A stretch of DNA of 63,586 nucleotides, filler included, from Octopus bimaculoides (Eukaryota), in assembly GCF_001194135.2 (NCBI RefSeq). It is 5 parts of 5 records of this genome, joined end to end, with 100 filler letters (N's around TTAATTAATTAA, not from the genome) between each part and the next. Parts side by side here need not be neighbours in the genome. Positions count along the whole stretch, not along the records: positions 23,112 to 44,930 come from NC_068989.1; 4 more parts are not named here. One strand, given 5' to 3'. Positions 25,692 through 40,100 of the stretch are shown here, piece after piece. The notes beneath the pieces were generated by a model. That model made no database searches. It saw only the letters and a program-made list of their open reading frames with translations, and was not told where the DNA came from. Positions within the stretch are counted from its first letter, which is position 1; the number at the start of each line of letters is the position of its first letter. Position numbers and translations under genes: made by a program.

Positions 25692-28666
25692 CATNNNNNN
25701 NNNNNNNNNNNNNNNNNNNNNNNNNNNNNNNNNNNNNNNNNNNNNNNNNNNNNNNNNNNNNNNNNNNNNNNNNNNNNNNNNNNNNNNNNNNNNNNNNNNN
25801 NNNNNNNNNNNNNNNNNNNNNNNNNNNNNNNNNNNNNNNNNNNNNNNNNNNNNNNNNNNNNNNNNNNNNNNNNNNNNNNNNNNNNNNNNNNNNNNNNNNN
25901 NNNNNNNNNNNNNNNNNNNNNNNNNNNNNNNNNNNNNNNNNNNNNNNNNNNNNNNNNNNNNNNNNNNNNNNNNNNNNNNNNNNNNNNNNNNNNNNNNNNN
26001 NNNNNNNNNNNNNNNNNNNNNNNNNNNNNNNNNNNNNNNNNNNNNNNNNNNNNNNNNNNNNNNNNNNNNNNNNNNNNNNNNNNNNNNNNNNNNNNNNNNN
26101 NNNNNNNNNNNNNNNNNNNNNNNNNNNNNNNNNNNNNNNNNNNNNNNNNNNNNNNNNNNNNNNNNNNNNNNNNNNNNNNNNNNNNNNNNNNNNNNNNNNN
26201 NNNNNNNNNNNNNNNNNNNNNNNNNNNNNNNNNNNNNNNNNNNNNNTATATATATATATATATATATATGCATATATGTGCATAAATATGTATAAATATG
26301 GGATTTGTATACGGGTGATTGTCTATGTATATTTCAGAATTGTATGTACATAGGAATGAATGAATTTTATTGTCCTCTAACGTTAAAGTCAATGACCTTT
26401 GTGCTAGATAGGACTCAGGGTATTATTGCAAATTCATTCACAATAAAGTCAGCCTCACTGCTGTCGTCGGCTGTATGCCTTCTTCGTAGAGACATATATG
26501 TCTGTTTCAAATATTGATTTGATTCCTTGAATTGTATTCACGTGTATTATAAATACATTCCTTCACAGGCATTCAGAATATATATATATATATATATATA
26601 TANNNNNNNNNNNNNNNNNNNNNNNNNNNNNNNNNNNNNNNNNNNNNNNNNNNNNNNNNNNNNNNNNNNNNNNNNNNNNNNNNNNNNNNNNNNNNNNNNN
26701 NNNNNNNNNNNNNNNNNNNNNNNNNNNNNNNNNNNNNNNNNNNNNNNNNNNNNNNNNNNNNNNNNNNNNNNNNNNNNNNNNNNNNNNNNNNNNNNNNNNN
26801 NNNNNNNNNNNNNNNNNTATATACTTATACGTACATACATGCATACATATATACTATACATATGCACACGTACGTACAATATATATATATATATGTATAT
26901 ATATAAATATATATATATATACACACATAAACATACACACACATATATATATACACACATGTATATAGGTAAGTTATATATATATTTATATTTATATACG
27001 CATCTAGATATATATACATATGTGCATGCATACATTTACATGGCTGTATTTGTTCCACACACACATATAATTATAGTGCAAATTACATTATATTATATTG
27101 AATTGTATTGCATTATATCACCTTTTATTGAATTGCATTATATTATGCTATATATGAGGTAAATCAATCCATGGATTGTCTGTTAGAATAATCTTCCTTA
27201 ATAAATTAATGGTGTTATAGTTTGTGAAGTTTCCACGGACACATTCGTCTTTTAACACTTGATCTGACAGTGGGAGACTAGTAATAAAGCAGAGGTGTTT
27301 CACACCCTGTATATTATCTTGGCTGACAATAATGTAATAGGAAATACAATGAGATTATAAGCATAAACTAGAAAAAGTGAGAGATAGAAACTTATTAAGG
27401 AAGAAGAGAAGAAATGTAAAAACAAAAGGATATGCTGAAACAATTTTTCGTGTAGTACAAATGAAGTACAAGTAGGAGAATATGAAGTTATATCTGTAAT
27501 ATAACCCCCCATTAAACCCATCGATTCCATGGTACCATCATTCACTATGGTACCTTGTTCCTTCCGTTTTCTGAAGTTTATAAGTCTATGACCAGATGAG
27601 ATGCCAGCCATTGGCAAATGAATAATTGACTAGCCCGTTCTTTTGTAGTGGATGGCGCGTCGTTACAAGTCATACATAATAGTTTCCTACTTACGTTTTT
27701 GTGAAAGTTAGAAAATCTTCCACAACACCGGTGCGAAGATTGCAGCAAAATATTCAGTGTATAATGTTGGTAGACTTGAAAAAAGTTCTATGAGATGTTA
27801 TTCTGTGACTTAGGGTCAGTTGTTTCATCTGTGGCGAGTTCATTTAAAGTTTTCGCGTTGTGTGTGGCTGGGGACTCAACATTTTCTCTTTCTCTGCTTT
27901 GTTCTGTATTCATACTTCAGCATTTCCTGTTTTAAACGGTAACTCTTCTCTCACATCATGTTTCACTGCAACTCACCTCAACCAGCTTCTTAGCCCAGTT
28001 TTGTTTGCCTGAAGCACTTTCTCTCATAAATCACATTTTTTCATAACTACAACATACATATTTCGCATATCTATCCACTTTTTTCTTTTACACATATAGA
28101 TGAATAACATAGATAAATGCATTGTAATATTCCTGTCCAGGTAGATCGTTTATATCCCTCTCTTAATCTTTTAAAGACCATTTGATAAATTTCATGTTGA
28201 TGGAGATATGTATTTATTATACAATGTGTTATGTTACTTCCTTAGACTTCAAAAGAGGTGGTTTTTTTTTTTTTTTGCTTTTTCATAACCAGCACATCAC
28301 GAAAATGTTATTGCTGTAAGATAAATTATTAGTAAAACTCTAATTTTGAAGTTAAGAATATTCTGTTTTTTATGCGATCTCTTTTAGATCTGCAAATAGG
28401 AATACGTCACATATGGGAATAAAAACATTAAATATTAAACAGACATATATTTGCTCTGAATATAAAAATCATGATGATATTTTTTTTCGAAAATCTATTT
28501 CTGATAAAAATGAATTTGAAGAAGACATATTAGCTTGCAATGTCATTAATTTGGGTATGAAACTGCCCGATGTAATTATTTCTCAGAAATTTACAGTAAT
28601 GTTTTTACGGAACACCAATTGAAACAAAAGTATGTCTATTAGTACTCCTTTTCTGTGAATATTCGC

Positions 28667-29591
28667 TGACTGAAATCCTTTTCGCTACTTGTTACCTTAA
28701 CGAAGAGAAACATAGGGTTAAACAACAGCAAATACAGTATCAAAGTTCACATCGACAACGATCTCTTTCAAGCCGTATCCTGTCGGTTTAGCGAGGATGC
28801 TATCAAAGCTAATAATTTAAGATGCTAACTATTTAATCGTGGCTGATTGAGAGATTTAGTGAAAGGCAGATTCAGAGTCAAGTGATATACTACAGAAAAA
28901 AATACTTAAATTAAGAAGAATGTTATCACCATTACCAACTTTCTTTGCCGTTCTTTATTAGTGTTGCTTGTGAACCTGACCAATTTACATATCAATATAT
29001 TTTTCATTGTAAATTTCGTTGTTGTGAATGCCCTACGTGTAATTTTTGTACTGTTTGCATTGTTTTAGTTCTTGCTGTCTGTAAAAACAGACAAGTATTG
29101 ATATGGTTTACGTTGCCGTGAGTAAAGTATCTATATTCTACATATTTCCTATCACTACTTACATCCTTTTAGCTCACATTCACCCACGGAACAAATATTA
29201 TGTGGGACGGCATAAATTTCAAACTTGTGCCTTTGGTTTCATACTATGAAGGCAATGAGGACACACGCTATGTGGTTATTAGCTTATCTCTAAAGTGTTT
29301 CAAGAAGCGGCAAAGAAAGTTGGTAATGGTGATAACATTCTTCTTAATTTAAGTACTTTTTTCTGTAGTATATCACTTGACTCTGAATCTACCTTTCACT
29401 AAATCTCTCAATCAGCCACGATTAAATAGTTAGCATCTTAAATTATTAGCTTTGATAGCATCCTCGCTAAACCGACAGGATACGGCTTGAAAGAGATCGT
29501 TGTCGATGTGAACTTTGATACTGTATTTGCTGTTGTTTAACCCTATGTTTCTCTTCGTTAAGGTAACAAGTAGCGAAAAGGATTTCAGTCA
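28667..29591. repeat. Long inverted repeat: arms 28667-28950 and 29308-29591, 357-bp spacer
   Basis: Arms aligned by eye: 284 bp, two transition mismatches, no indels. Confidence 0.97.
29163..29243 (-). other. Exon-like 81-nt segment in the inverted-repeat loop
   Basis: Acceptor gtcctcattgccttcatag and donor GAT|gtaagt; stops in all three frames. Confidence 0.35.
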
Positions 29592-32405
29592 TGAAAATTC
29601 CGTCTTCTTAGGAGACATATCTTTTCGAAGAACTCGAAACCAGACTTTTGCGGAGCGAAAGTATAATCTACATAGCCGTGTCTTCTTCTTACGCTTACGA
29701 AGGATAAGGGTAAATATGTAGATTTTTGCAAATATAACTTTAGTCAAAGAATTACACGTTGTTAAAGAATCAAACGCACTGTCATTTTGTGAAAGTAAAT
29801 ACGGGATCGATAAATAATAAACAATATTGAAAAACCCCAATACCATGACTCAATACGGTATGCAACATAGAACGGGATATAACAATCTGGTGATACAGGA
29901 CTTTAACGTAATGGTTTAACACCAAAGTTGTAAATATACTCTTTGCAACAGTGATCCTGTACATCTATGGGGAATATATTTATAAGGATCCCATGGATAT
30001 ATGCTGGTCATATTATTCCCATTAATTTCAAGCTTTCTGGAGTCAGAAAGAGCATAGTATATTTTTGATTTCCAGAGGCAGTCACTGAAATACCCGCCAT
30101 AGAATACCCGACTTTTTAAAGACTGCACCCATTGTTTCTTCGATTGCATGTCTTTCAAACGATCCTGAAATCGCCAGCTATTATTCGCAGTGTGTTATAA
30201 CAAAAGTATTAATAGTATAAATATTTATTTGAATTATATGGATATGTTCTTAAGAAAAAATCTAAAACAAAAATTATAATTTAGAAAAGTATTTTTTTCG
30301 TTAACCATGTCTCATTTTTATTGCTTTGATAAAGATGGAAATGTATACGCGTACCATCTGAAAGTGATGTCAGGAGCAAAACATGATTAAGAAACTGAAA
30401 GGAGAGCGACAAAAGCAACATTTTTATATAAATTTGTAATAAACAAAAAACATTAATATTGTAAAATCTATATAGAGATATCCATCTCCACTGTATTTGC
30501 CGCGGATGAATATATACATTTATTCTTTCACTTCATATCATCCTGAATTTTTTTTTTATTTGGTTAGCTTATTTGTAAATGTAGTTACCAATATTCCTTC
30601 TTGTTATTACTTCCAAAGAAAGATAAATTTCATTTTCTTGTTAAATACTGTTAAACTGGAATATTACATTTCTTACTATGGTATGTGTTTTTTAAATTTT
30701 TCGAGATTACATGTACATGTTTACATGAACATAAATATATGCATATATANNNNNNNNNNNNNNNNNNNNNNNNNNNNNNNNNNNNNNNNNNNNNNNNNNN
30801 NNNNNNNNNNNNNNNNNNNNNNNNNNNNNNNNNNNNNNNNNNNNNNNNNNNNNNNNNNNNNNNNNNNNNNNNNNNNNNNNNNNNNNNNNNNNNTATATAT
30901 ATATACATGTGTGTGTGTGTGTGCGTGTTTGTGTACATATATGTACACATATATATACTCATGTGTGTATAAGACTATATGGATATTCACGCGTATGTGT
31001 TTTTACAGATATCGATGAGTATATACATCATACATACATGTACATACATTCACCACAAACGACATTTATTTATATCTCTTGGAATACTACTAGAAGCAGT
31101 GCAACGTAACTAGTTATTGCATAGCATAAAAGCTAAAATCATGAATATAGATGAATATAAACTAACAGAAGGGTGAAAATAATAGAGGAGATGCTAATGT
31201 GATGCGAGATGAAGGGAATTTTGGAGATTTTTATTTCTTACCATTTAGTCCCTGGAATTTGTAAAATTATATTAAATAGCAATGCAATTGTAGAATACAC
31301 CTTGGAAATATGTATCAAGGTGTAGATTTTTCCTTTGTAAATCCAAGTTTACAGTGTAATTTTTATGCAAGTGTATGTAACTTAAACACATGATAGCAGA
31401 TAGTACGAAATAGCATGGTGTACTTGTCATATTGTAAGGATGTCTGTAGTTAATAAGTATACTGGCGATTAATAAACATACTTGCTAAATATGCTGGTTT
31501 CTCATGGTGTGTGATTCAGAAAGTTCGATAATAGATTTCAATGAAATGTTTACTTTGCTATCGCTCGATTTACTAGATGCAGTATGTGAATTTTCCTGAC
31601 ATATTGCAAAATGTTTTCCTCTATAAACAATGAAAATAGGAAGAACAGGTGATCATGGCTGGAAATCCTGTGTTGATGCACTCATCCAATCTCGACTGAC
31701 CTTGGCCTCAACATCAGCCTGAGCAAATAAAGAATTTCCTAGTAGACGACATGATATTAAACAAAACTTAAGTTAACTTGAGCAACAGCTGCATTTCTTC
31801 GACGATTACGGAGAATCATAAATGAAATGTATAACTCAAATGCAAGTAAATCATTAGGCTATACGTAATCTAATATCCTCAATTCTGAAGCCTGTCGACT
31901 CAGTGGAACGTAGCTTTATAAACTTATATTTATCGGTATGTCTCCATAGTAGTTAGAGCTCTATTGAGCATACTAAAGCTCCCTAGAAAAAGTCTCAGTT
32001 TGTATACAATCTGACACTTAAAATGATATCTAAAAAAAAACTAAACTAATAGAAATGAAATTTAATGGAATATAATACTAACGACTATAATATCGATTGG
32101 AGCCTTACAGAAAATGCGTGCTGCACATATTAATGGTTCCAGATAATATGGATACTGTGTGTCGGAGAATATGTAAGATTTACTTACTAACATACGAAAT
32201 CTTATCTAAAATATCGGTATTGATCAATTATTGTAAACATTTTCAAAGTAATTAATAAGAAATTTATCAAAAGAGTATTTTATATCAGGCAAGTACGGTA
32301 TAAAATTTCATTTTGAATTGTAGATTCCTAACAACTAATAAAAAATAACTGGACACTATTATGCGTTTGTCTTAAGAATATGAAAACTAGCTGCAGATAA
32401 AAATA

Positions 32406-33669
32406 TCAGGTCATCCCATAAGTTCTGTCCGATTTTACCTATTTTAAAATTGAATGAAATTTAATAGTATTTTAGAATGTCTGATGGAAATAAAAATTAT
32501 TGTTTATGCGTTTGTGTACACTAATTAAATATTATTTTACAGAATAATAGAATTAAAATTTTTTTGATTAAAACTCTTTCTAACATGGAAGCATCCAAAG
32601 TGCATTTAAGGCACATAATGCTTTATGTGTACAAAGAAGGAGACTCTGCAGCCGAAGCGACTCGAAATATTCACTCAGCTAATGGGAAACATACACTCAG
32701 CTAATGCTTGAATGAAAGAAGTTGCAGAAGATGGTTTACAAAATTCAGAAGTGGAGATTTCAGCCTTGAAGTTGAAGATCGAACAGGATGTCCAGTTGCG
32801 CTTGATGATAAGCTCCTTGAGGCATTACTTGAAGAAAATCCTGCATTACCAGTTGAAGAATTGGCAATACAGCTTAGTTCAAACCATGCAACTGTTCATC
32901 TTCATCTTCAATAACTTGGAAAGGTTCCTAAACTTGGAAAATGGGTGCCTCATGAATTCTTCAAAAGCAACGGCAAATCCTGACTTGAAATCTGCTCTTC
33001 TCTCCATTCTCGCGAACTCATCTCACCTTTTTTGGATAGACTTGTGACTGGTGACGAAAAATGGATCTTCAAAAGGGAAAAAATCTCTACCACAACCGAG
33101 ATGGGAACTTCATTGAAACAAGTTCTTCTCTCTCTCTCTCTGGTGGGATTGCAAAGGAGTAATTCACTTTGAATTGTTACCACCTAATGCAACAATCAAT
33201 GCTCAAGTCTACCGTCAGCAATTAGAGCTTTTGAATCACTCTTTGAAGAAACACATACGCTTTAGTGAATCGAAAAGGAGTGATGTTTCATCCCGACAAT
33301 GCGCAACCCCACACTGCAAAGACCACATCACAGAAGATCGAAGAGCTTGGTTGGAAAAAGAAATTCCTCATCCACCTTATTCTCCCTACCTTGCTCCTTC
33401 ATACTACTATTTATTTCGTATTTTACAGAATCATTTGGGAGACATAACTTTCACTAGACAGGAGGAGGTCGAAACTGACATTTCAGACTTCTTCGCTTTC
33501 AAACCAAAAGAGGTTTACATTGATGGGATTTAAAAAGCTTGTAAATAGATGGAAGGAAGTCATAGATAATCAGGGAAAGTACATTGATGATTAAATTTCA
33601 ATTAAATATAACATTTGATCACATGTTTTCTTTATTCAAAATTCGGACAAAACTAATTTGATCATCTGA
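32406..33669 (+). mobile_element. Mariner DNA transposon relic
   Basis: TA-flanked imperfect TIRs (tcaggtcatcccataagttctgtccgatttt / reverse), transposase from MEASKVHLRHIML, WVPHE and PHPPYSPYLAPSYY motifs; frameshifts. Confidence 0.93.
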
Positions 33670-34802
33670 TATATAGAGAAAAGTTCGTGGAATGTTTCGA
33701 TACAACAGAGAAGGCATTCACAATTAAAGTTTCATCAAATATATTTCTTCTTTAGTTTTGAGCGTTTATTCTGAAAATAAGACAGGCGTTGCATTTTAGA
33801 GAATGACCTGCGTGATATCGATTGCTAAACGACAGCGTCTGTTTCGTATTAGAATGCGATGTTTTATAAAATAGCTGTTCGTTGATCTTTTGGAAAATTT
33901 GACAAGCAATAATCTGGATTCAATTTTAGGTAAAACACCGTTTATTCCTGAATACAGGAAATCCTATGATTTAGACTTTGGAGTTGTTTAAATTCATGTT
34001 CACCATTCTCAAATCAAGCAATGCAATGCAAGAATTAAGAAATGTTATGTGAAGATAAGGAATTCAACGTTTGCACGTTTTAAGGAATTCAACTTTTGCA
34101 CGTTTCAATGAATTCCTCCAGCTTATCGAAAGCCTTTTTCTGGGAGCGTATTCTTCTCTATAGTCCCCATTCATATGTCTTCCCCCTTCCGTTTTCTAGG
34201 TTGCATTTGCATTATCAGGTATTGAGATGTAAGTGTACTTATGGCGTAGCTGTATATGGTTAAGTTTATGCATATATGTGTATGTAAATATGTGTATATG
34301 TGTATACATATGTATGCGTGTGAATGTAACTGTCTCGATTCCAGTTTCAAACACAGTAATTTTACTCACAACCTTATAACACACTTTGAAATGTCTCATC
34401 AACTAAAAGTGCTTTGTTAGAAATGTACGGATTTATTTACTCTCGCCTACAATTAATAATTTACAGCATTTTGTTGAATCATTTGGAAGCAATTTTGTAT
34501 ACAGACCATCAATTATTCTTTTCAACTGTAATGCTTTAAATAACATTCTTTGTTTGCATAGTTTATTTCTGTGAACAAATGCCTGTGAATTCCCACTTCA
34601 GTAGATGTATGGTATATATTTCTCACTAAAATCAATAATAAACATGTTTCTAACCATTGCTTGAATTTAAACGAAATTTATCACATGAGGTTTTGTTGAT
34701 AAAATGGCAGATAATTCATATAAAAATACAAATTGGAAAACTCATTAGTTACTATTTTTATTTTCTCTTAAATTTGCCTTACATCATGAGCACAGCACTT
34801 AC

Positions 34803-36603
34803 GTAGATAGTCCGATATTAATGTGCACGTTTGCTGCTCCAGATAGGAATAAAAGTCTCATACAATACAATATCAGTATTCGTATCGTACTATAACATGC
34901 GTATGTTCTGTTCATGTATATATTCTGTTCATGTCCGATATCTCTGGAGATCAACCATTGGATCGATAATATTATTTCTAAAACAAATAGGGTCAACGTG
35001 ACATTTCTTAGCTATATTCCACTCTGTGTAAGGTATGCTTAGCAATCTTTGTACTTACTATCTATGTTCATATCTAAATTTCTGAAGCTGAGATTACATT
35101 GGAAGTTAGATAGTTGGATTCTGATGTTAGTTGTTTGTGCGAGATTGATAAATAGATAAGAAACAAAAAACAAAAAAAGTGTTCCAACCGAAAAGAAAAA
35201 AAAATCAGGAAGTATATCATTCGGTGATCGATCAACTCAGTGGTTCTCTGTAATCCATTTGATAATTTCATACACAATTATAAAGTCAAACTTTGATAAA
35301 AATAAAATAAATAAAAGTGTGACAAATTTTAAGGAGACGAAATATTGCACTGGTATTATAAGTAAATTTGTGGATTTGATGTGATATTAGAACAACATGG
35401 TAAATACATTATCATATAAAATTCGCCTTTCTTCTTTTTCAGTTAAAATTTTCCATGTTCTGATTTGCATTTCTATTCTCCTATTGTACAAACGAAGTAT
35501 AAGTGACAGTATCACCAGTAATGCAAATCAATCGATTATATTACAATGGTTTTTCACACAGACGTAGGATTTTCTCGGGTAACAATAATGTTTGAGAATA
35601 TTGGTATTTAAAGAATATATCCGCGAACAACATCGTCACTACTAGAATCAATACACTTTTAATGGATGTTTTATTTAGATAAAACATAAGCTATCATGAT
35701 ACCAAAAACAGCAAGGGACTTACCATTCGTACTTGAAGTATTACAGCTCTATTTACATTGTTCAGTTCCCTAACCAAACTGTATATGCCATCTGCGATTT
35801 AACTTTAACTCCTCTGTAATGGGACAGCAGAGTAATATGCTGCCATTGCTGAAATAAATGAATTGGTAAGCCCTCCTCATGATACAAGAGAATGTATATA
35901 CAGACACTATATATATACATATTTATATTCGGCTACCTGATGTCAGTAACAGTATGGAAGCATGAGCCACCTGATCTACTTCGGAAATTCCTTTGTGTTC
36001 GTAGTGTGTATATAAACATTTGGGAAATAGAAAAAGGAACTCACGAGATTCATGCGTGTGTATGCACATATTACATGCATGTGAGAGTGAAATTGTGGAT
36101 AGGTTTGTATGCATAATTCTGTGTATACCTAATATAATAGCACTTAGTCTGATTCTGCATAGTTGGTCAGCAACCAGCGCATAGTTGTGGCCGCAATGTG
36201 TATGTGTGTGTGTGAACGTATATGTGTGCGTTTGTGTGGTTGTAGATACGTCCTCTTCAATATCTGTGTAATGTTCTTTTTCAATGTTTATAAATAGAAT
36301 GGTTTCCTTCTGTTTTATGTATATGCATATTTATCGTATCGTTTAAATCGTAGACACTTTACACCCCTGGTTTAACATCACGATCTGGCGTATACAGGTC
36401 TAGATATTTGGTCTGTTTCTAAAATGAGGACTAAAGACAAGCATTTATGAAGAGTTCATATCGCACCGACAGTTTCTACATATTTTTAGACGCATCCTAA
36501 TGTACTATGTCCTTCCTCCTGTCCAACAATCTTGAAATCAATAATACGACATCATACACAGAAGCATTATCATACCGCAATGTGATGACATTTCTTCCGC
36601 CAT
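34803..36603 (-). other. Candidate spliced minus-strand transcript (exon-like 36576-36603, 35724-35848, 34803-34977)
   Basis: ATGGCG...G|gtatga; tttatttcag...ATG|gtaagt; tttgttttag...TAC|gtaagt. No long open frame links them. Confidence 0.3.
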
Positions 36604-36849
36604 AGTTGCACCGCCGGTACTCTAAGCTTCTGATAGGTCCTTCAAATTTTCAGTATTGGAAACAGGCCAATAAATTTAAGGGGTGTTGTTCAGTCGAATA
36701 CATTGATTTCGTTAATAGTACTTCAATTTATTGAAATCAAACGGATAAAAGGCAAAGTTAACATCGGCGTGAATTTAAGTTCAAGCCTAAAGAGTACAAA
36801 GAAAAAGCAAAGGTCATCTTCTAACATTTAAAATATTCTACATGTCAAT

Positions 36850-37130
36850 GGTAAAGGGTAAAGACATCCTTCGGTCATCAATGACCATGGAATTGCACCT
36901 AGAATTTTACCGAGGCACAATTCCGGGCAAGGTTGTTTATGGAAGATCAGCAGTCACTCATGCATACCAACCTCCCCTCTCCATGCCACCGATATTACGC
37001 AAAACAAAATCAAAGGCCGATACAGATTGGCGCCAGTGACGTAGCAACTCATTTCTACTGTAAACTGGAGCAGCATGAAATAAAACGACTGGTACAAACG
37101 CCCAAGGATCAGGCAGAATGTGTTAAATAA
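36850..37130 (-). mobile_element. SINE (family B-related body) relic
   Basis: aactcatttcta...ctggagcagcatgaaataaa matches the reverse of the family B core. Confidence 0.6.
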
Positions 37131-40100
37131 TTCTAACGCTTAGACCACAAATAACTGGAAGATATACTGCAAGACCAGTCTTCCGCAAATTTTACAATTC
37201 TACTAATCATCCACTTTCGCTTGTTAATTTATTTCATCACCTCTAAAAGTATAAACGTTAAAGCTGATATAAACGAGATTTGAAGTGAAGGCTTACAGAG
37301 CGAAAATACTATCCACCAGACATTTTTTCCTAAGTTGTAATGATTCATTAAGTTCACTGTTCTTTTAAAGTATGAATTCATTACATATCCAACAGTTATC
37401 TCTTTGGTTACAGTTCGGGTTCAGCCTCTCACAGGTTTTCTAATTATGATACTTGCTGCGCATAATTTAGGCATAAGCACCCATACATATGAAAGAATGA
37501 CTGGGCTGATTAAATCGACACAAATAAAAAAATTATCTTAGCGGTACCATAACGATGAAAGGTAAATATGAACCAGCTGGTGCTCGAAATCAGAATGTAG
37601 AAACATGTAATCACAAATTGTTTGCCATTCAGATGCAAAGCCTGTAGCTTAAAAGGGAGAAGGTAGTTTATACCATGATGTTCATTTCTAGATTGGGACT
37701 TCATTTAAGCAACCGTGACAGATGGGAAGGCATACTGACCGGAGCGGAATTTAAATTCCGAACGCAAGAAGCCGGAAAGTACTCCATAAAGCCTTTTGTA
37801 TGACACTTTAATGATTTTGCTAATCAGCCAGTTTTGTAATGGTCGTAATAATGTTTTATAATTAAGGCACAAGACCAACAGTACTGATAGTAATATGGAC
37901 TTGACCCATTATTTTATCAAATCTTGTGTAATTTGATCTCAGAGTATAGAGTTAGAAGAAATACTAGAAGTTATTTTTCTCATGCTATAATGATTCTGTA
38001 ATCATCAAATTATTAATCGCGATTTCTAATATCAATACAAGGTCGCATAATTTCACGAGGAGGCGTAAAGTTGATATTGAAGAAATTCCAGTGTGTGATT
38101 AACACAGTGATTATTGAGTTGTTGGGAGACGAAAAATCAAAAAAATAAAATCAACACCGGTGGTATTTGATACCGGGTCAATATAAATGTAATTAAAAAG
38201 CAAAGGTCGTATAATTCTCTGTTCTATTGATTCTGCCCTATGAATTGTTGCCATAAGAATGTATATTTCTAGCATCTATAGAACGTTACACTGTTTGGAA
38301 GATAGTACATTCGATGATATTGACTATTGTACTTGACTAGAGAAAGCAAAATAACAGAAAAGTTTATCGACTAGAGTAATATAAAAGCGGAATATAGATA
38401 TTGGTCGTATTTGAAATGGAATTCAAAAGCTTCTCCACTAGAAACAGTAGGCAAATGTCGCTCATCGGACACATTACCCTCTAAGAAAAAGAGTGCTCAT
38501 GGATGGAATGACTTTGAAAGATTTTCAGAGTGAGGTTCGACTTGGGATTCAGGCAACAACATTATACGAGCATTTGTCCATAAATATCCATGAACAACAC
38601 ATAGTCAAATCAGAAATAAATGCCGTAAATATTGTTGGATATCCGTTTAAGATTTTAATTCCCGCTAATGAAGTTGCATCATTTTGCTTAAAAAAGATTA
38701 TCTATTATTACCATCAGCACTAGGGATAGTAGATTGGCAGAATTGTTAGCGTTTTGGACAACTGCCTCCAACTAAACGTATTTTGTTACTCTTTTGCTTC
38801 TGAGTATAAATCTCATAATGCACCGCATTACATTTTATCGTTTCCGGGTCAATAACATAAAATACCAATGAAATGAAAGATTCGACGTAGAACTTCTATA
38901 CCCGTAGCTCCTAAACAAACATTGATAGTTTCACATACTGGTGGCTACTCTGGATCATAATTATGAAGTTAAAGTGGTGTAAATCCTTCGCGAGGCAGCC
39001 CAAACTAAAATTTCGAGGGAAGTTTAGTGCCATGACTATTTATCATGTCACTGAGACTGAGGAACGAAGAAATATATTCTGAAATTTTTGAGCTGACACA
39101 AATAATTGCAACAGAGTAGATTCCATTAAAAACGTTCAAGTCCCAGCTGATGGTGCTAAGCCGAGAAATGGATGAAGTTTACCACTCAAGGAAATTACGG
39201 CGTGATTTGGGCTCAGAACACATATAACCAGAGAAAATACTGCAGATTTTCTCCACTCATATTTTCCATAGTCTACCATCCTGGTGCATTATTTTAAAAC
39301 TCAAAGACGACCTCAGTGCAACTGTATGTTAAATGTAAAGTTGAATTCAATAGACGATAATGCCGAAAATATAATCATTAGTCTCCTGGTTAAATGGGCA
39401 AAGACTATTATGAATTTGGTGGGCAAAACTTTACTTTATAAAACACTGAATTATTGCTGTAAAACAAACCAGTATCCTAAAAGATGATGTTGACTAAATT
39501 ACGTGGGTTGATATTCATTTTGATGCTCTGTTTATAAAGCAAAAATGCATCGAGGGAAACACATTTTCGTACTTCATGAAGATTTCTTAGCAACGTCACC
39601 ACGAAAACAAATTTATCACGACATATATGTCTACTATTGGGTATAAATGCTGTGAATTGTAAGTAAATCGTCGAATTCATGTCAAAAAAATACAGTCCCT
39701 ATAAAGCTAAGTGAATAGCGACTGAGATTTGTTTTCGTGTAGAAGCAGCTAAACCACAACGAACAAGGTAGAAAATAGCATGCAGCGGAAGAGAGACATT
39801 ATTTGTCATAAGACTGTTACAATAGAGTGTAAATGAAAACGTATAGATATCGCAATTGAAATAACAATGAAGAATAAATAGAAATCAAAGTGTATGCAAG
39901 ATAAGGAATCCTACCAAAGATGCTAAAATGAATCATGCTTATCAAACCGCCAACGCTTGCTTTTGAATAGAATTCTGTTCTCCCTCCATTCCAAAATAGC
40001 GTTAACATTAACATGATGTGAATGAAACTGATGCAGTTGCAGCAGCAACAATAAATAATTAGTACTTTCAGGAAGACGTATAGGCAACGAGAAGGTTATG

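Noticed and set aside
29589-30164. About 190-codon minus frame broken only by TAA and TGA (possible A-to-I stop recoding)
   Set aside because: No recognisable homology or support; easily chance.
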